A stretch of 60,697 bases of DNA, filler included, from Porpidia crustulata (taxonomy: Eukaryota), in NCBI GenBank assembly GCA_964255105.1. It is 8 parts of 8 records of this genome, joined end to end, with 100 filler letters (N's around TTAATTAATTAA, not from the genome) between each part and the next. Parts side by side here need not be neighbours in the genome. Positions count along the whole stretch, not along the records: positions 22,822 to 30,318 come from CAXUWE010001306.1; positions 30,419 to 37,914 come from CAXUWE010001307.1; 6 more parts are not named here. The stretch is one strand, 5' to 3'. Made by a program: the position numbers and the translations under genes. A model generated the notes under the pieces. The model had not been told where the DNA came from, did no database searches, and saw nothing but the letters and a program-made list of their open reading frames with translations. Of this stretch, positions 22,822 through 33,644 are shown piece after piece. The stretch's first letter is position 1; the number at the start of each line of letters is the position of its first letter.

Positions 22822-24386
22822 GAGTTGGGCTGTTGGTTCTGGTGAGATTGGTGGGTCTGGGCGATGGATACCAGGTTGGCTTGGGTAAGGGTGTTGCTGA
22901 GACTAATTTCGGCGCGACAACAGTTGACAGGTCATCTATGCGGGTCAAATCAGTTATTGCGTGTCTCATTATTCGTCTCTCGTTACATCCTATATCCTAC
23001 ATGAACGCCCAGAAAATAGTCGTAGGGTGAGGAACAATATTGAACCTACCCACCAATCAAAATCATCGGTCTATTCTTCATATTCTCCAACTGCCCCATG
23101 CCCGCATGTTTTGCTTTTTTCCTCTTCACAGCCACGCCAATTACTTCCAGCAGTTCTCTTTCTCTTTCCGCATATTCCAGAGATCCCGTGCCTCCGGGTA
23201 GAGATTGTCGCCGGTCCATCTCAAACCTCTTGATAGTTTCCATTGCTTCTTCATCGATGGGCTCGCCTCCGTTGTCTTTTCTCATGAGATCCCTCAAGCT
23301 GACTTCCGCGTTTCCGAAGAGACAGACTTTCAAGTTGCCGTCGCCGGTAATACGCAGACGATTACAGCTCCCACAAAAGTTATGAGTCATGCTGGTGATG
23401 AATCCAACCCTGCCGACAAATCCTGGAACTTTAAAGGTCTTACTCGTGTCGTTCTCGTGATCCTGAACTTTGCGCAGTGAAGGATATTTTTCTCGGATTA
23501 TCCCTAGCATCTCCTTATAGCCAAGCATCTTGGCCTTGCTCCACTTATTCCCGTCGAACGGCATGTATTCGATAAACCTCACTTCGACATCTTTTTCTCT
23601 ACCCATTTCAACAAACGGGAGGATTTCGCGATCATTGATGCCACGCATGACGACACAGTTGATCTTGAGTTTGATACCGGCTCCGAGCTTGTTCATTTCC
23701 AAAATTTGCTCCATGCTCTTGACCACCGCCTCAAATCCTTTCCGCCTTGTCATGATCTGGAATTGATAAGGATCAAGAGTATCCAGACTCAGATTGACAC
23801 CTGTCAAACCTGCTTCAGCCATACTATCGAGCTTGCGATGCAGCGCAATACCATTGGTTGTCAGACACAACTCCCGGAGACCATTACGGCGGAGAGCTCC
23901 AATCGAGTGCATCAGGGGTAAGATATCTTTTCTTATGGTGGGTTCACCACCTGTGAGCCGTATCTTTGTGACACCTTGAGAGACGAAGAGAGACGAGAGA
24001 TAAGTAATCTCTGGGGACGTGAGAAGGTGGGAGGGTGGAGAAAGGGGCACGCCTTCTTCGGGCATACAATAGGTGCAGCGTAAATTACAGCGCTCTGTGA
24101 TACTGATGCGTAGGTAATCATGTTGGCGCGAGAACTTGTCTGTAAGGAAGGTGGAGAATGGTCGAGCAGCTTGTAATTGCTCCTTTCGCGACAGTGACTC
24201 AATCGTATGGGCGGATGCAGGTTTTTTCGTAGCTGACAACGGAGGAAACTCTTCAATGTGAGCAAATTCCTGGGTAGCTGCTGCCGAAGTTATGCCACGA
24301 TAGTGCCGACCGTGAGGTTTTACTAAAGCCAAAATATTCCTAGAAGGCGACAACCTACAGAAGCCCCGAGGCAATAGAATTTCCAT
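22822..24386 (-). CDS. MOCS1: Molybdenum cofactor biosynthesis protein 1: radical-SAM GTP 3',8-cyclase (MOCS1A) plus start of a spliced downstream extension (truncated)
   Basis: YLRISITERCNLRCTYCMP (CX3CX2C), IRLTGGEP, FCGSCNRLR...KVCL, C-terminal RPMILIGG* (TAG 23046-23048); intron ending at 22936 leads to a frame open to the contig edge. Ortholog of A. nidulans cnxABC / N. crassa nit-7. Confidence 0.95.
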
Positions 24387-24894
24387 GCTCAGCGGGGATA
24401 CCTGAAAGAGGGACAAACTATCATGGCTCGAAGCTACTCCAATTATAGACCTGAGCAGGTGGTTGGTGAACAGATTGTGTTATGCCATTCTATATCAATA
24501 ATTAATTCATTCTTCCGAGTCCGAGAGTCCGTCATTCCCCAACTTCTTGCTTACTCAACTGTTGCCACTAAGGTAGCCTGTGAACTACCTTGGTGAAAAC
24601 CCATGGTCGGAGGCCGTAGGATATCTAGAGCGAATACCAAGGGTATCTATGGTAGTGAAATAAAATTTATTCATGAATAAAGTGGCTCGAGGCAATGATG
24701 AAAGGTGGAGCTCTGGCAAAGAAGCTTCATTAACTAAATCTAAGAGCACAGACTTTGGCGATACTAGTTTATGCTCCGCAACCAATATAATGCTCGAGTT
24801 TCCACCACAAGTCGTAGGTATCGTAAAAACACAACCCCAGGCAAAGGAAGTCCAAACGCGTGTCGACACGCTAGAAAACGCCGGCCCAGATGAC

Positions 24895-26850
24895 TTATAA
24901 ATGAGACGTCACAGAGGCAATCTGTTCCGAAATCGCTTCCATACTCGAGCACAAACGCTGAAACCTTTCCATTGTAGCAGAGCTGACTTGTTCGGCGTCA
25001 CGTACGTCAGATTCAAGTATCAGCTCCACCCGACCAAAAGCCTTCTCGAGTTCAATGCTTCCGAAAAGCCACTCTTCCTGTGGAAAGTTGGGAGATTGGG
25101 AGTCTGATGAGCTATCGGCAAAAAGGGCAAAAGCGGGATCTGATTCATCGAAGGGGATGTCACACAGTGACTCGCACTCTTCTGAAACATGTTCGTCCGG
25201 GATTGCCAGCTTAGGCATCAACTCAATTATTGGAGCGTCAGTCTTGCAGCCGTACATCGACTGAGGTGCGGCAGTTGTTGATGGCTTGCCCGAGAGAAGC
25301 TCCAAATTAAGCTGATCGAATGAAGGACCCTGGGGTAAGTCGGTAACGGCAAAGACTTGTGCATCGTATAGAGTCATGTCCATGTTGTTATCAGTCCAGC
25401 CTAGGTTGCTTGTGTCGAAAGTAGTGTAGTCGATTGATTGTTCTGGCATCAGAGTCATGCCCACCTGTTGATCATTGGGTTGGTGATTCTGTGCGGTCAC
25501 GCGGTGAGGATTGACGTCTTTGTGGAGGTGTGATTGAGTCTTCTCAACCTTCAAGCTCGGTGACTGCGTTGATGACGTGGATGACTGTACGGGAGCAGAT
25601 GAATTAGGGACACTGCCGCTGAGATCGTTCAAGAAAGTTGAGAATGCTGGCGAGGCGAGAAGCATTCGAGTCAAATCAGTCAAGCGAGTATTCTCAGCCA
25701 TCAAGTCTTCGTTCTTTGCTCTTAGGTCGTCCGCCTCAGCCGCCTTGGCGGCAATTTCTCCTTCGAGTTGGCCGATATATTCTGGACGTAGATTAGCATG
25801 CGTTTTTCTCAATAAGGTGAAATAAATACCTTTTCTTCGAGATCGGAAGGCCCTCGCGGATACTTTGTTCCTCAGTTGTCGACGTTCTTTGCTGCTCAAC
25901 TTCTTTCCCTCTTCGCTAGCCAACAACCTCTCATCCTCGTCCATATCTTCCTCGTCCTTTCTCGAGCGAGTCATATGCGGGCCGTTACCGTTAGCAGTGG
26001 GAGTTGTTGCATCGTCATCGTTGGATGACGCAACACTGCTGTGTCTCATTTGGTTGAGGAGACGAGATATCCTCTCTTCGACAATCGGATCAATCGCTGG
26101 ACGCGATGTACTTCCGGTAGATCTATGAGTGGATTGGCGAGGTTGAGCAGTAGCTAAACCGCGAGGTGTTGGTGGTGCAGCGTGCTGTTGACTTTGCTGT
26201 TGTGCTTGTGCTTTCAGGGCAGCGTGCTGTTGATGCATGCCAGGCCATACGCGGCCGAGGGTGGCAGGTGCGGCTACCGTAACATTGGATGCTTCCTCTT
26301 GCCCGCCGATGGCAGCCGGATCAATGAAGTCCGTGTTCGATGACTCCATACTCTGTGTGAACGTATCTTGCATTGGAGAGCCAAAATCAAGATCCATATC
26401 CGTTCCTCCCGACGATGGATTTCGACTTGGAGCAGTACCAAAGTCGATGCAGTCGTCGGTTGAATTCATGCCAAAATGATTGTCGTTCGAGGCCATGCTA
26501 AAGAATGATTGTCCACGAGCCCCGTATGAGAGGTGATCGGCTTGATTTACGGCGACAGTGTTCGCCAAGGCCCCCGGAGCCAGACCAGCCTGTTGATGAT
26601 AGGCATCATACTGATGGTTTGGAGGCGGGAAAATCTGTTGGCTTTGCTGATTCGAGAAAGGCGAAATGGCTGAAGTCACAATTGATGCATTTGGTGATGC
26701 GCTCGGCTTCGGCCGTGATAATACAGGTGATGTAGATGGGGAGGGATAGAGATTCTGGTCGTAGTTGATGTAGCGATCAATGTCGAAAGGATCGAAGCTA
26801 CTCTGAGATGACGATGGTGTCGTCGTAGGCTTCTGCAGAGAGATGGCCAT
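24895..26850 (-). CDS. bZIP transcription factor (LziP-like), one 48-nt intron
   Basis: GKKLSSKERRQLRNKVSARAFRSRRK|EYIGQLEGEI...LMAENTRLTDLTRMLL; intron 25829-25782 (GTATTT...CTAAT...CAG). Confidence 0.88.
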   Translation of the reverse strand: MAISLQKPTTTPSSSQSSFDPFDIDRYINYDQNLYPSPSTSPVLSRPKPSASPNASIVTSAISPFSNQQSQQIFPPPNHQYDAYHQQAGLAPGALANTVAVNQADHLSYGARGQSFFSMASNDNHFGMNSTDDCIDFGTAPSRNPSSGGTDMDLDFGSPMQDTFTQSMESSNTDFIDPAAIGGQEEASNVTVAAPATLGRVWPGMHQQHAALKAQAQQQSQQHAAPPTPRGLATAQPRQSTHRSTGSTSRPAIDPIVEERISRLLNQMRHSSVASSNDDDATTPTANGNGPHMTRSRKDEEDMDEDERLLASEEGKKLSSKERRQLRNKVSARAFRSRRKGIYFTLLRKTHANLRPEYIGQLEGEIAAKAAEADDLRAKNEDLMAENTRLTDLTRMLLASPAFSTFLNDLSGSVPNSSAPVQSSTSSTQSPSLKVEKTQSHLHKDVNPHRVTAQNHQPNDQQVGMTLMPEQSIDYTTFDTSNLGWTDNNMDMTLYDAQVFAVTDLPQGPSFDQLNLELLSGKPSTTAAPQSMYGCKTDAPIIELMPKLAIPDEHVSEECESLCDIPFDESDPAFALFADSSSDSQSPNFPQEEWLFGSIELEKAFGRVELILESDVRDAEQVSSATMERFQRLCSSMEAISEQIASVTSHL

Positions 26851-27847
26851 TGTTCCTATCGGTTGCTCTTGATATCAACGCCTGGCGACGTATGCGCTGA
26901 TGAGTCGAGAAAGTGTGACTCAGGGACTCGGGAGACACCTGGTTTAGGTATTCGATGGTTGCCTAGAGGCGTACAGTTTGTTGTTCAGCCGCCACGGCAG
27001 GGGAGATTGCTGTTTCGGGAAACTTCCTCTCGCAGAACTCTCTCTGAATGTGGCAACCAAGAGCCCAAAGTCGTTAATGAATATTTTGAGACTGTTGATG
27101 AGAGTTGTAGAGCAAGACAACAATTTTTAAGAGATTTGAATGAAGCTGGACTGGCGACACTGGTTTTCGCTTCAGCGGGCTATGGCTCTCAGGCCGAAGG
27201 GGGCAGTGCAAAGACGTGGTTGCGCGGCTTACACTCAACCAATAGGTATTTAGTCCGTGCAGGGATTGATACGAAATAACGAGTATCTACTAGCGAGTCA
27301 TTTATGTCTGTTTCGGCAAGTGATATACCTTCCTATTCCGTACCCGAAAATAATGCGGCCGAATACCAAGCCCGAGAAACTTCTAACGTCTAAGGTCTGA
27401 ATGTACGTTGGGGGAGTACGCACCTAGGTCCTATCATTACACATCAAAGCCACTTGGCATACAATGAACAACTCATAGATATTTCAAGATGTGAGGTAGT
27501 ATCCAAGACCTTGCGCTGACTTTACTTTGAAATGTTTCAAAAGTACTGAACAGTCATTCATCTCCACATCTTATTGCAGGAACATGAAGTCCACAATAAC
27601 CTCACCAACCTCGCCGTCTGCCCGAAAAATTTAAGGATCTACAGTTTCATCAAACTCGGCACCTCAGAAAACAGTGTAGTTCTGCATCGTTACTGTCGTG
27701 TATCTATCAATTGTCTCCCAGATTTCATGCCTTAGATACGAAATTGCATAAATTGCAAAGGCTCGTGGTCATGATGGGCCATTCTTCGGCAAACCGGAGG
27801 TAATATCATACTCAGTCGCTTTCCCATACGTTTATTCATTCGCGCAT

Positions 27848-28528
27848 TCACAGCTGCTGCCAATATAGCTGAACACGCTCTGTCGCAGTGCGAACGCCCA
27901 AGACCACGCCGTTGGTACCAGTCGGCGCGGATGGTGTATATAAGTAGCCGGTGTTAACATGACCAAAAGTTATCAGGTAGCCGTTGTTCTAAAGGCGTCC
28001 AAAAAACATAAATTAGCAGCGTTCTATGAGCCACTGCAGTTGTTTTATTCAAAGTCCCACTTCATGTTTTTTGAACGCAGAACCCAAATTGATCCGCCTT
28101 TTTGCACAGTTGATTTCCACTAGGACTGGAGAAGCCAAGAGCGCTAGGCTCAGAAGTAATGGGAGCATCAATACACTCACATGCCAATTTTCAGGCCCGT
28201 TCGGATTTCCAACCTCGCAGACCAGCTCGAACGTCGCATCCAAACCGCATTGTCCGATAGAGGAAGTCAGTTGAGTAGCAACTCCTCCTTGTGACGCTGC
28301 CGAGAACACCGCACACTGTCCGCCGATGGTCCACTTTCCATCCGTAGTGATACAACCATTGTTCATGGTCCCTTGGCGTACCACTAGGTTTCCATGACCA
28401 GAGAATGGAGGTACATAACGTGTCTTCAAAGTTGGCACTGCGAAGGCCAGAGTCTTGGATGGGTGTAGAGCCAGAAAGCTCAATATGAGGACGGCAACAG
28501 ATGGCAGGAATTGGAGGATCGAGAGCAT
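27848..28528 (-). CDS. Small secreted protein (~162 aa) resembling the C-terminal domain of fungal RNase T2 (Rny1-type)
   Basis: Signal peptide MLSILQFLPSVAVLILSFLALH; exons 28528-28181 and 27988-27848; PFSGHGNLVV...GCITTDGKW...QCAVF...LTSSIGQC...LVC...VQLYWQQL*. Domain resemblance recalled from memory, not searched. Confidence 0.7.
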
Positions 28529-30418
28529 GATGCTTTTTCTACGGGTGACCTGACAAAGCCTATGCCTAGATATGATATGAAGATGATATGTGGTTATGGG
28601 ATCTGATGAGAATATATTCACCAAGGACAGTGATTGAAATGGCAGAGTGCTGGCACGCAATGAAGTAAATGAACAGGCTTGGCAGGTTGGATTTATATTG
28701 AATGAAATGAGGGTCTGCAACGTTGAACAAACAAGGCATGCTACTACCCGATCGCCAGCATTCATTATTCCGGCCCCTTGCGGTTCACCTTTGACCTCGA
28801 AGCGACTTTGTGATAGCGGAGACGTCGGCGTTGGCTCGCTCTGGGGCAGGTGTGTTCTGAGCACATGACTGGGTCACAGCGCCGGATTGGCCGAGTTCAT
28901 CCCAGGGTACCAACCATGAGGTGTACCTGAGCATAAAGGAGAAGCTGTCTCCGGCGGCAAGACAATGTTCCAAAACAGGCATCTCTGACATTCTATAGCG
29001 CGTAAACTGCAACCATCAAACCTGTTTGTGAGGAGCCTTCAATGATTTTCAAGCTGTCCCTTGTTCATATCTAAATTGTTACGCTAACCATGGTTAGCAG
29101 GTAGAAAAATCGTCATCGTATCGCAGCTACTCCTTGAGGTTGGTCAAACAAAGTTACTAGCGCGCGAAAGGGGGGGTCAAGGGCTTGCAGTATCCAATCA
29201 GAACAAGCGTAAATATAAGCACACTAGTATCACTTTCGTTCAAGTATCACGAAGCGTACGATCTCTCATGCGTTCCAGTCGTCAAATAGAGACGTACTTG
29301 AATAGCCGCAGGGACTCGACGACAGCGCCTGTACCAAGTGATTACGAGGCCCAAAGACCTTCTTGCTATTGCTAATACAAGTGTCCAAATTCCAATACCA
29401 TTTAGCGGAGCCGGTGTTTCATGTGTGAGTTCGCTCGAAGGTAAGACCATAGCCTTTTACATTAGGCAAGTTAGCACCAGCTAATATGTAACAATAGAAG
29501 CTCTGTGTCCTAGTCCTACTGCGCAATTGCGGACACGTCCTGTGTCTTGCGTGTCACCGTGTTAAGGCTCCCGCCATACCCGTCGTACTGTTCTCCAAGA
29601 CGTGCGACGTTCGCCAGTAGACGATTCGTATTGACTTCAGACACGACCATTCCCTTCAGTTCTGTCGCTATTGCGATTATGTTCGAGGACTAGTGCCGAA
29701 AAACAAGCCTGTTTCTTCTTGAGTAATGCTTGAGCATTTCGTGGATGACGATACTCTCCTGTGCTAGGGGGCAAATTTCGTCAGATGTAAAGCCAGAACA
29801 CTTCACCTTCAGTGCAAATGGTTCGGAAAAAACCATAATAATAAGAGCAATTTCCAGCGCCGAAGTATCTGTATACCATCTCTGTTCTATCAAAATATGT
29901 GGGCTACATTCAATATCGTGGTTTCCGGGGAAAATCGCTTCCGAGATAATGTACCTTGTTCTTCTTCTTAATCATACTTGCGGTGGTAAGGTCGTCTGAT
30001 ATGATACGTCGAAAATTCACATACTCTCAATGGCTCGCTCGGAATGTGCCCATGTCTGTTATCAAGTGTGTATATTTCTGATGAAACATTTTGGATGGGA
30101 AACAGTTTTGCTTGCGAAAGAGACCATGTTATACTGGTGCACAACGTTGAATACTTGGGATAATCCGGTTCTTCGGACTATCGCAGAAACTTTTCACTCC
30201 AGGTGATTGTATATACATCGTCCAGGATATGCGCCACACGAATACCACGCTCTCCATCTGCAAGACGACCCAAAATCCGTCGCTCAACATGGCCTACAAA
30301 GAGACCTTTATAGTACCANNNNNNNNNNNNNNNNNNNNNNNNNNNNNNNNNNNNNNNNNNNNTTAATTAATTAANNNNNNNNNNNNNNNNNNNNNNNNNN
30401 NNNNNNNNNNNNNNNNNN

Positions 30419-30738
30419 CCTACATGGCCGGCCTTATGCCGGAAAAGTCCTCCCTCGAATCCATCGGGTCCGTGGCCGCCAACTTCGCCCGCAGCAGCGC
30501 CGAGGAGCGCCGCCTCGACCACATCCGCTTCTCCCACAACTCCTCCCTGGCCGAAATGATCCTGGCCACCCTCGGCGACGCCGCCTACGCCGCCTACATC
30601 GCCGACATGCAGGCCCAGTCCGAAGCCGAGCGCCGGGACAAGGCGAAGCGGCTGGCCCACAAGGCCGCCAGGGAGGCGGCGATCAAGCGCTGCCGGCAGC
30701 AGGTGGTGGCGCTCGTCAAGAGGGTCGTTCCTTTTTGA
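30419..30738 (+). CDS. 3' end of a hypothetical protein (5' truncated)
   Basis: Open frame from the contig edge with strong GC3 bias, ending ...KRVVPF* at 30738. Confidence 0.5.
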
Positions 30739-30817
30739 GCGGTCTTTCGAGGTAGCGACATCGGTTGTTCGGTGGGAGGGCTGGCGGCGGAGCGGGGTGG
30801 AGTGGCCGGCCCGGGTA

Positions 30818-31214
30818 GCTGGAGCTGGAGCCCCCTCGCGTGGGGGAGTAGCAGGCTGCTCGCCGGGTCTGGTTGGAGATGTGGATATTCTGTCGCTGGA
30901 GCTGGATCCCCTTGCCTGGGAATTAGCAAGCGATAGCGACCTGGGTAGCTGGAGCTGGACCCCCCTTGCGTGGGGGATTAGCAAGCTGCTCAGGCTGCGT
31001 CGAGTTGGAGACGTGGACTAACGGTGTATCTCCCTCCTGTTTTCGAAGCTGGATCCCCTTGCTTGGGCAGGAGCTGGCGACAGCGATCATTGCAGTTCGA
31101 GCTGGATCCCCTTTACGTGGGGAAGGAGCAGCTGCTCTGGTTGTCGAATTGGAGGCTTGGATGTATTAGTCCTGGTGCTGCTGGAGCTGGATCCCCGTTG
31201 CCTGGGAAGGAGCA
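30818..31214. repeat. Six dispersed ~26-30 bp hairpin-forming repeats
   Basis: (GCTGG)AGCTGGATCCCCTTGCNTGGG(G)A variants starting near 30818, 30895, 30948, 31047, 31100 and 31180, with variable spacers. Confidence 0.8.
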
Positions 31215-31295
31215 GGTGGTTCTTGGCCTTTTTACTTTGTGTGGTATCGCTTATGTCGACGCGAGACTACGGGCCTTCGACATCACGCTTTGGAA

Positions 31296-31498
31296 GTCGA
31301 AACGGTCTATCGATTAATCGGCACCAAACACTTGACGCATCGACATCATGACGATCTAATCAGTGTGAACACTCAGCTGCTTACTCGGCTCAACGCTCTG
31401 ATGTCGAAATGATCTATCGATTTATCGGCACTGAATACTTGAACGCATCGGTATCATTGTGGGCTTACCAGTGTGACGAATTAGCTGCTTACCCGTCC
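31296..31498. repeat. Diverged ~107-bp tandem duplication
   Basis: GTCGAAA..TCTATCGATT.ATCGGCAC...ACTTGA.CGCATCG...CAGTGTGA...AGCTGCTTAC at 31296 and 31403. Confidence 0.8.
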
Positions 31499-32338
31499 TA
31501 CTGATTGTCGGACCGGACATGGAAGATTAGTCTGGCATGGCACAAAACTTCGAACTTCACGTTCAGCGCTTCTGCCCTTTGAAGATTCCGCGGACGCTTT
31601 CTTGGTTTTATTCCTACCACCATCATCCATACGCCTTGCTCGCTACCTCGCCAACTTGAACGCATATAGACATTCGAAGTTTGTATCGGCAGACCCTCTA
31701 TTCCACCTCGTCGAATAAGTACACCGGCTTCAAAATATAGACTAACGATATCGACACCTACCTCACTTCCTTCGCTACCAGCCTCGATCTCATAACGATT
31801 CACGATTACGACAAGGCTTCGATTTACGGGTCGGCATTTCGAATTTCTGGGAGATCTGATGGTTTTGGTTGGGTTATGGGATTCTTGTGGCATACTTCTC
31901 CTGCCTTTGGTCATAGTCATAGAAGCCAAGACGAATACATACCGTCTCAGTTGCCATGACTCAATCAATGTTTTGTGATATGTTGTGCATTGCCTTGAAA
32001 CTGCCCTAAGTCAGAGAATTGGAGATCTTATTGTCATCATTGTACCTATTCTTCAATCTCAAGTAGAGGTACTCATTATTCGTCGTGTCCCAGGGCAATG
32101 AGAAACCCACTGTCCAACCATCCGTCCCCTCTGTTATTCCTGGAAGTTCTCGGCTGTCCAATTCGATAGCTGGCAAGAATATGTGATATTGGTGCGGGAG
32201 ACAGTAACTCTATATCCCTTCCCTACGTCCGTGCTCTTCCAAATTAAGTTTCTGACCGACTCTAAACGGACTCATACAATATAGTAGACACGGAGCAGCC
32301 CTATTTTGTTGACCGACTTACTCTTGAACTGGGCGCAG

Positions 32339-33043
32339 ACTATGTGGACGACTTGGTAACCGCAACGGTATTGCACCCGCCACCCCTCGACGAACGATGC
32401 GCGGTGTGCCGGGAGCTGTACTCATTGAATACCAAAGATCCGGTCACACCGGAGTGCAGCGACCTTATTGGGTGAAGAAGCCTCAAAGGATGACTATCGG
32501 AGGAAGAAAATGACCAGTTTTCGTGTCCCACGTGTAGGCGATGGCTCTTGACAAACTTCATTGACAACATTATGCAGGCCGACGAAGGTCTGAAAGAGCA
32601 TCGCGTACAGTAAGGGACACTGTCCTTAGGTTCGACGTTGCCTCATACCATGCCCTTCGTTGTCGAGGCTCAATGCTGCCTCCCATCAATCCGCAAGTTA
32701 TTGCGCTGATGATAATTCATGAAGCGGTGTTGTTCCATGACCTCCGACGGCTGAAAACCTTCTTCTTCAGAGAGAATTGAGACACTCCCAAATGAGTTGT
32801 GCAGCTCGGACGAGGATTATTGGCGGGCGAATGATGGCCAAAGGGTGGAAGGCTCCTCAGCACGCGATTCTTGCGCGGAAACGCCATCGATCCCGCTCAG
32901 AGGAAGCCCTTCGTGGTGAGAATCTTCAACGATATCAATTCATTGTTCAGGAACTCTTCGACAGAAGTCTCGACATTGAAGAATAGGACCCGGACTAGGA
33001 AGAGAAGCGAATTGACGAAAACATGATCCGGGAAATCATGTGA
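32339..33043 (+). pseudogene. RING-finger protein pseudogene
   Basis: After a CAG acceptor: ...DERCAVCRELYSLNTKDPVTPECSDLIG*RSLKG*LSEEENDQFSCPTCRR; TGA at 32473 and 32491; His and Cys ligands replaced; further stops near 32985-33000. Confidence 0.65.
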
Positions 33044-33644
33044 GAATTGATGACAACTTCATAATCGATTCTCAATGGATTGATTGTGATACTATCCAAA
33101 TTTAATTGGATGAGGACCTTCTTCGAGATCACAGAACATAGAGGAGCAGACGAGAATGAGCCAGGTAGGTGGACGCCTTTCTGAACAGAATCACGGGTCA
33201 ATGATATGATGAATAGATCCGTAGATTTCTACATTTGAGGATAGGAACACGAGTCATTTGGCTTGTTAGAACTGGTTGCGTACATAGCTGAATCCAAGAT
33301 ATGTTTGCTCAAGATGAGCTGGAGAAAGATTATCTTCACGAAAAACTTCCCTTGCTTGGGCTCTCGTCTCCATATGGTTGGTAGATCCTTCATGCACAAT
33401 GTACCTATGCGCTGTATAACGGAGCCACATATTTGACCCTTTGCTCTTCTCGCCCGTTCATATGATATCGAGGAAATCAACCTAGTTCAAGAATGATGAT
33501 TGATGATGCTAATGAGACAACAATGGTCCTGCCTACAATCCATTTGAGATAGATATCTGCGTTTATCTATTGACAAATTTGGGTTGTCGCCTGACGACGG
33601 AACGCGGCTCCGCTAAATAAACATCGACTCTACCAAAGTCTTCG

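Noticed and set aside
29690..30318. Possible minus-strand gene fragment at contig end
   Set aside because: Short frames with stops; no consistent model.
30818..31214. CRISPR array
   Set aside because: Eukaryotic context, degenerate repeats, irregular and partly related spacers, no cas genes.
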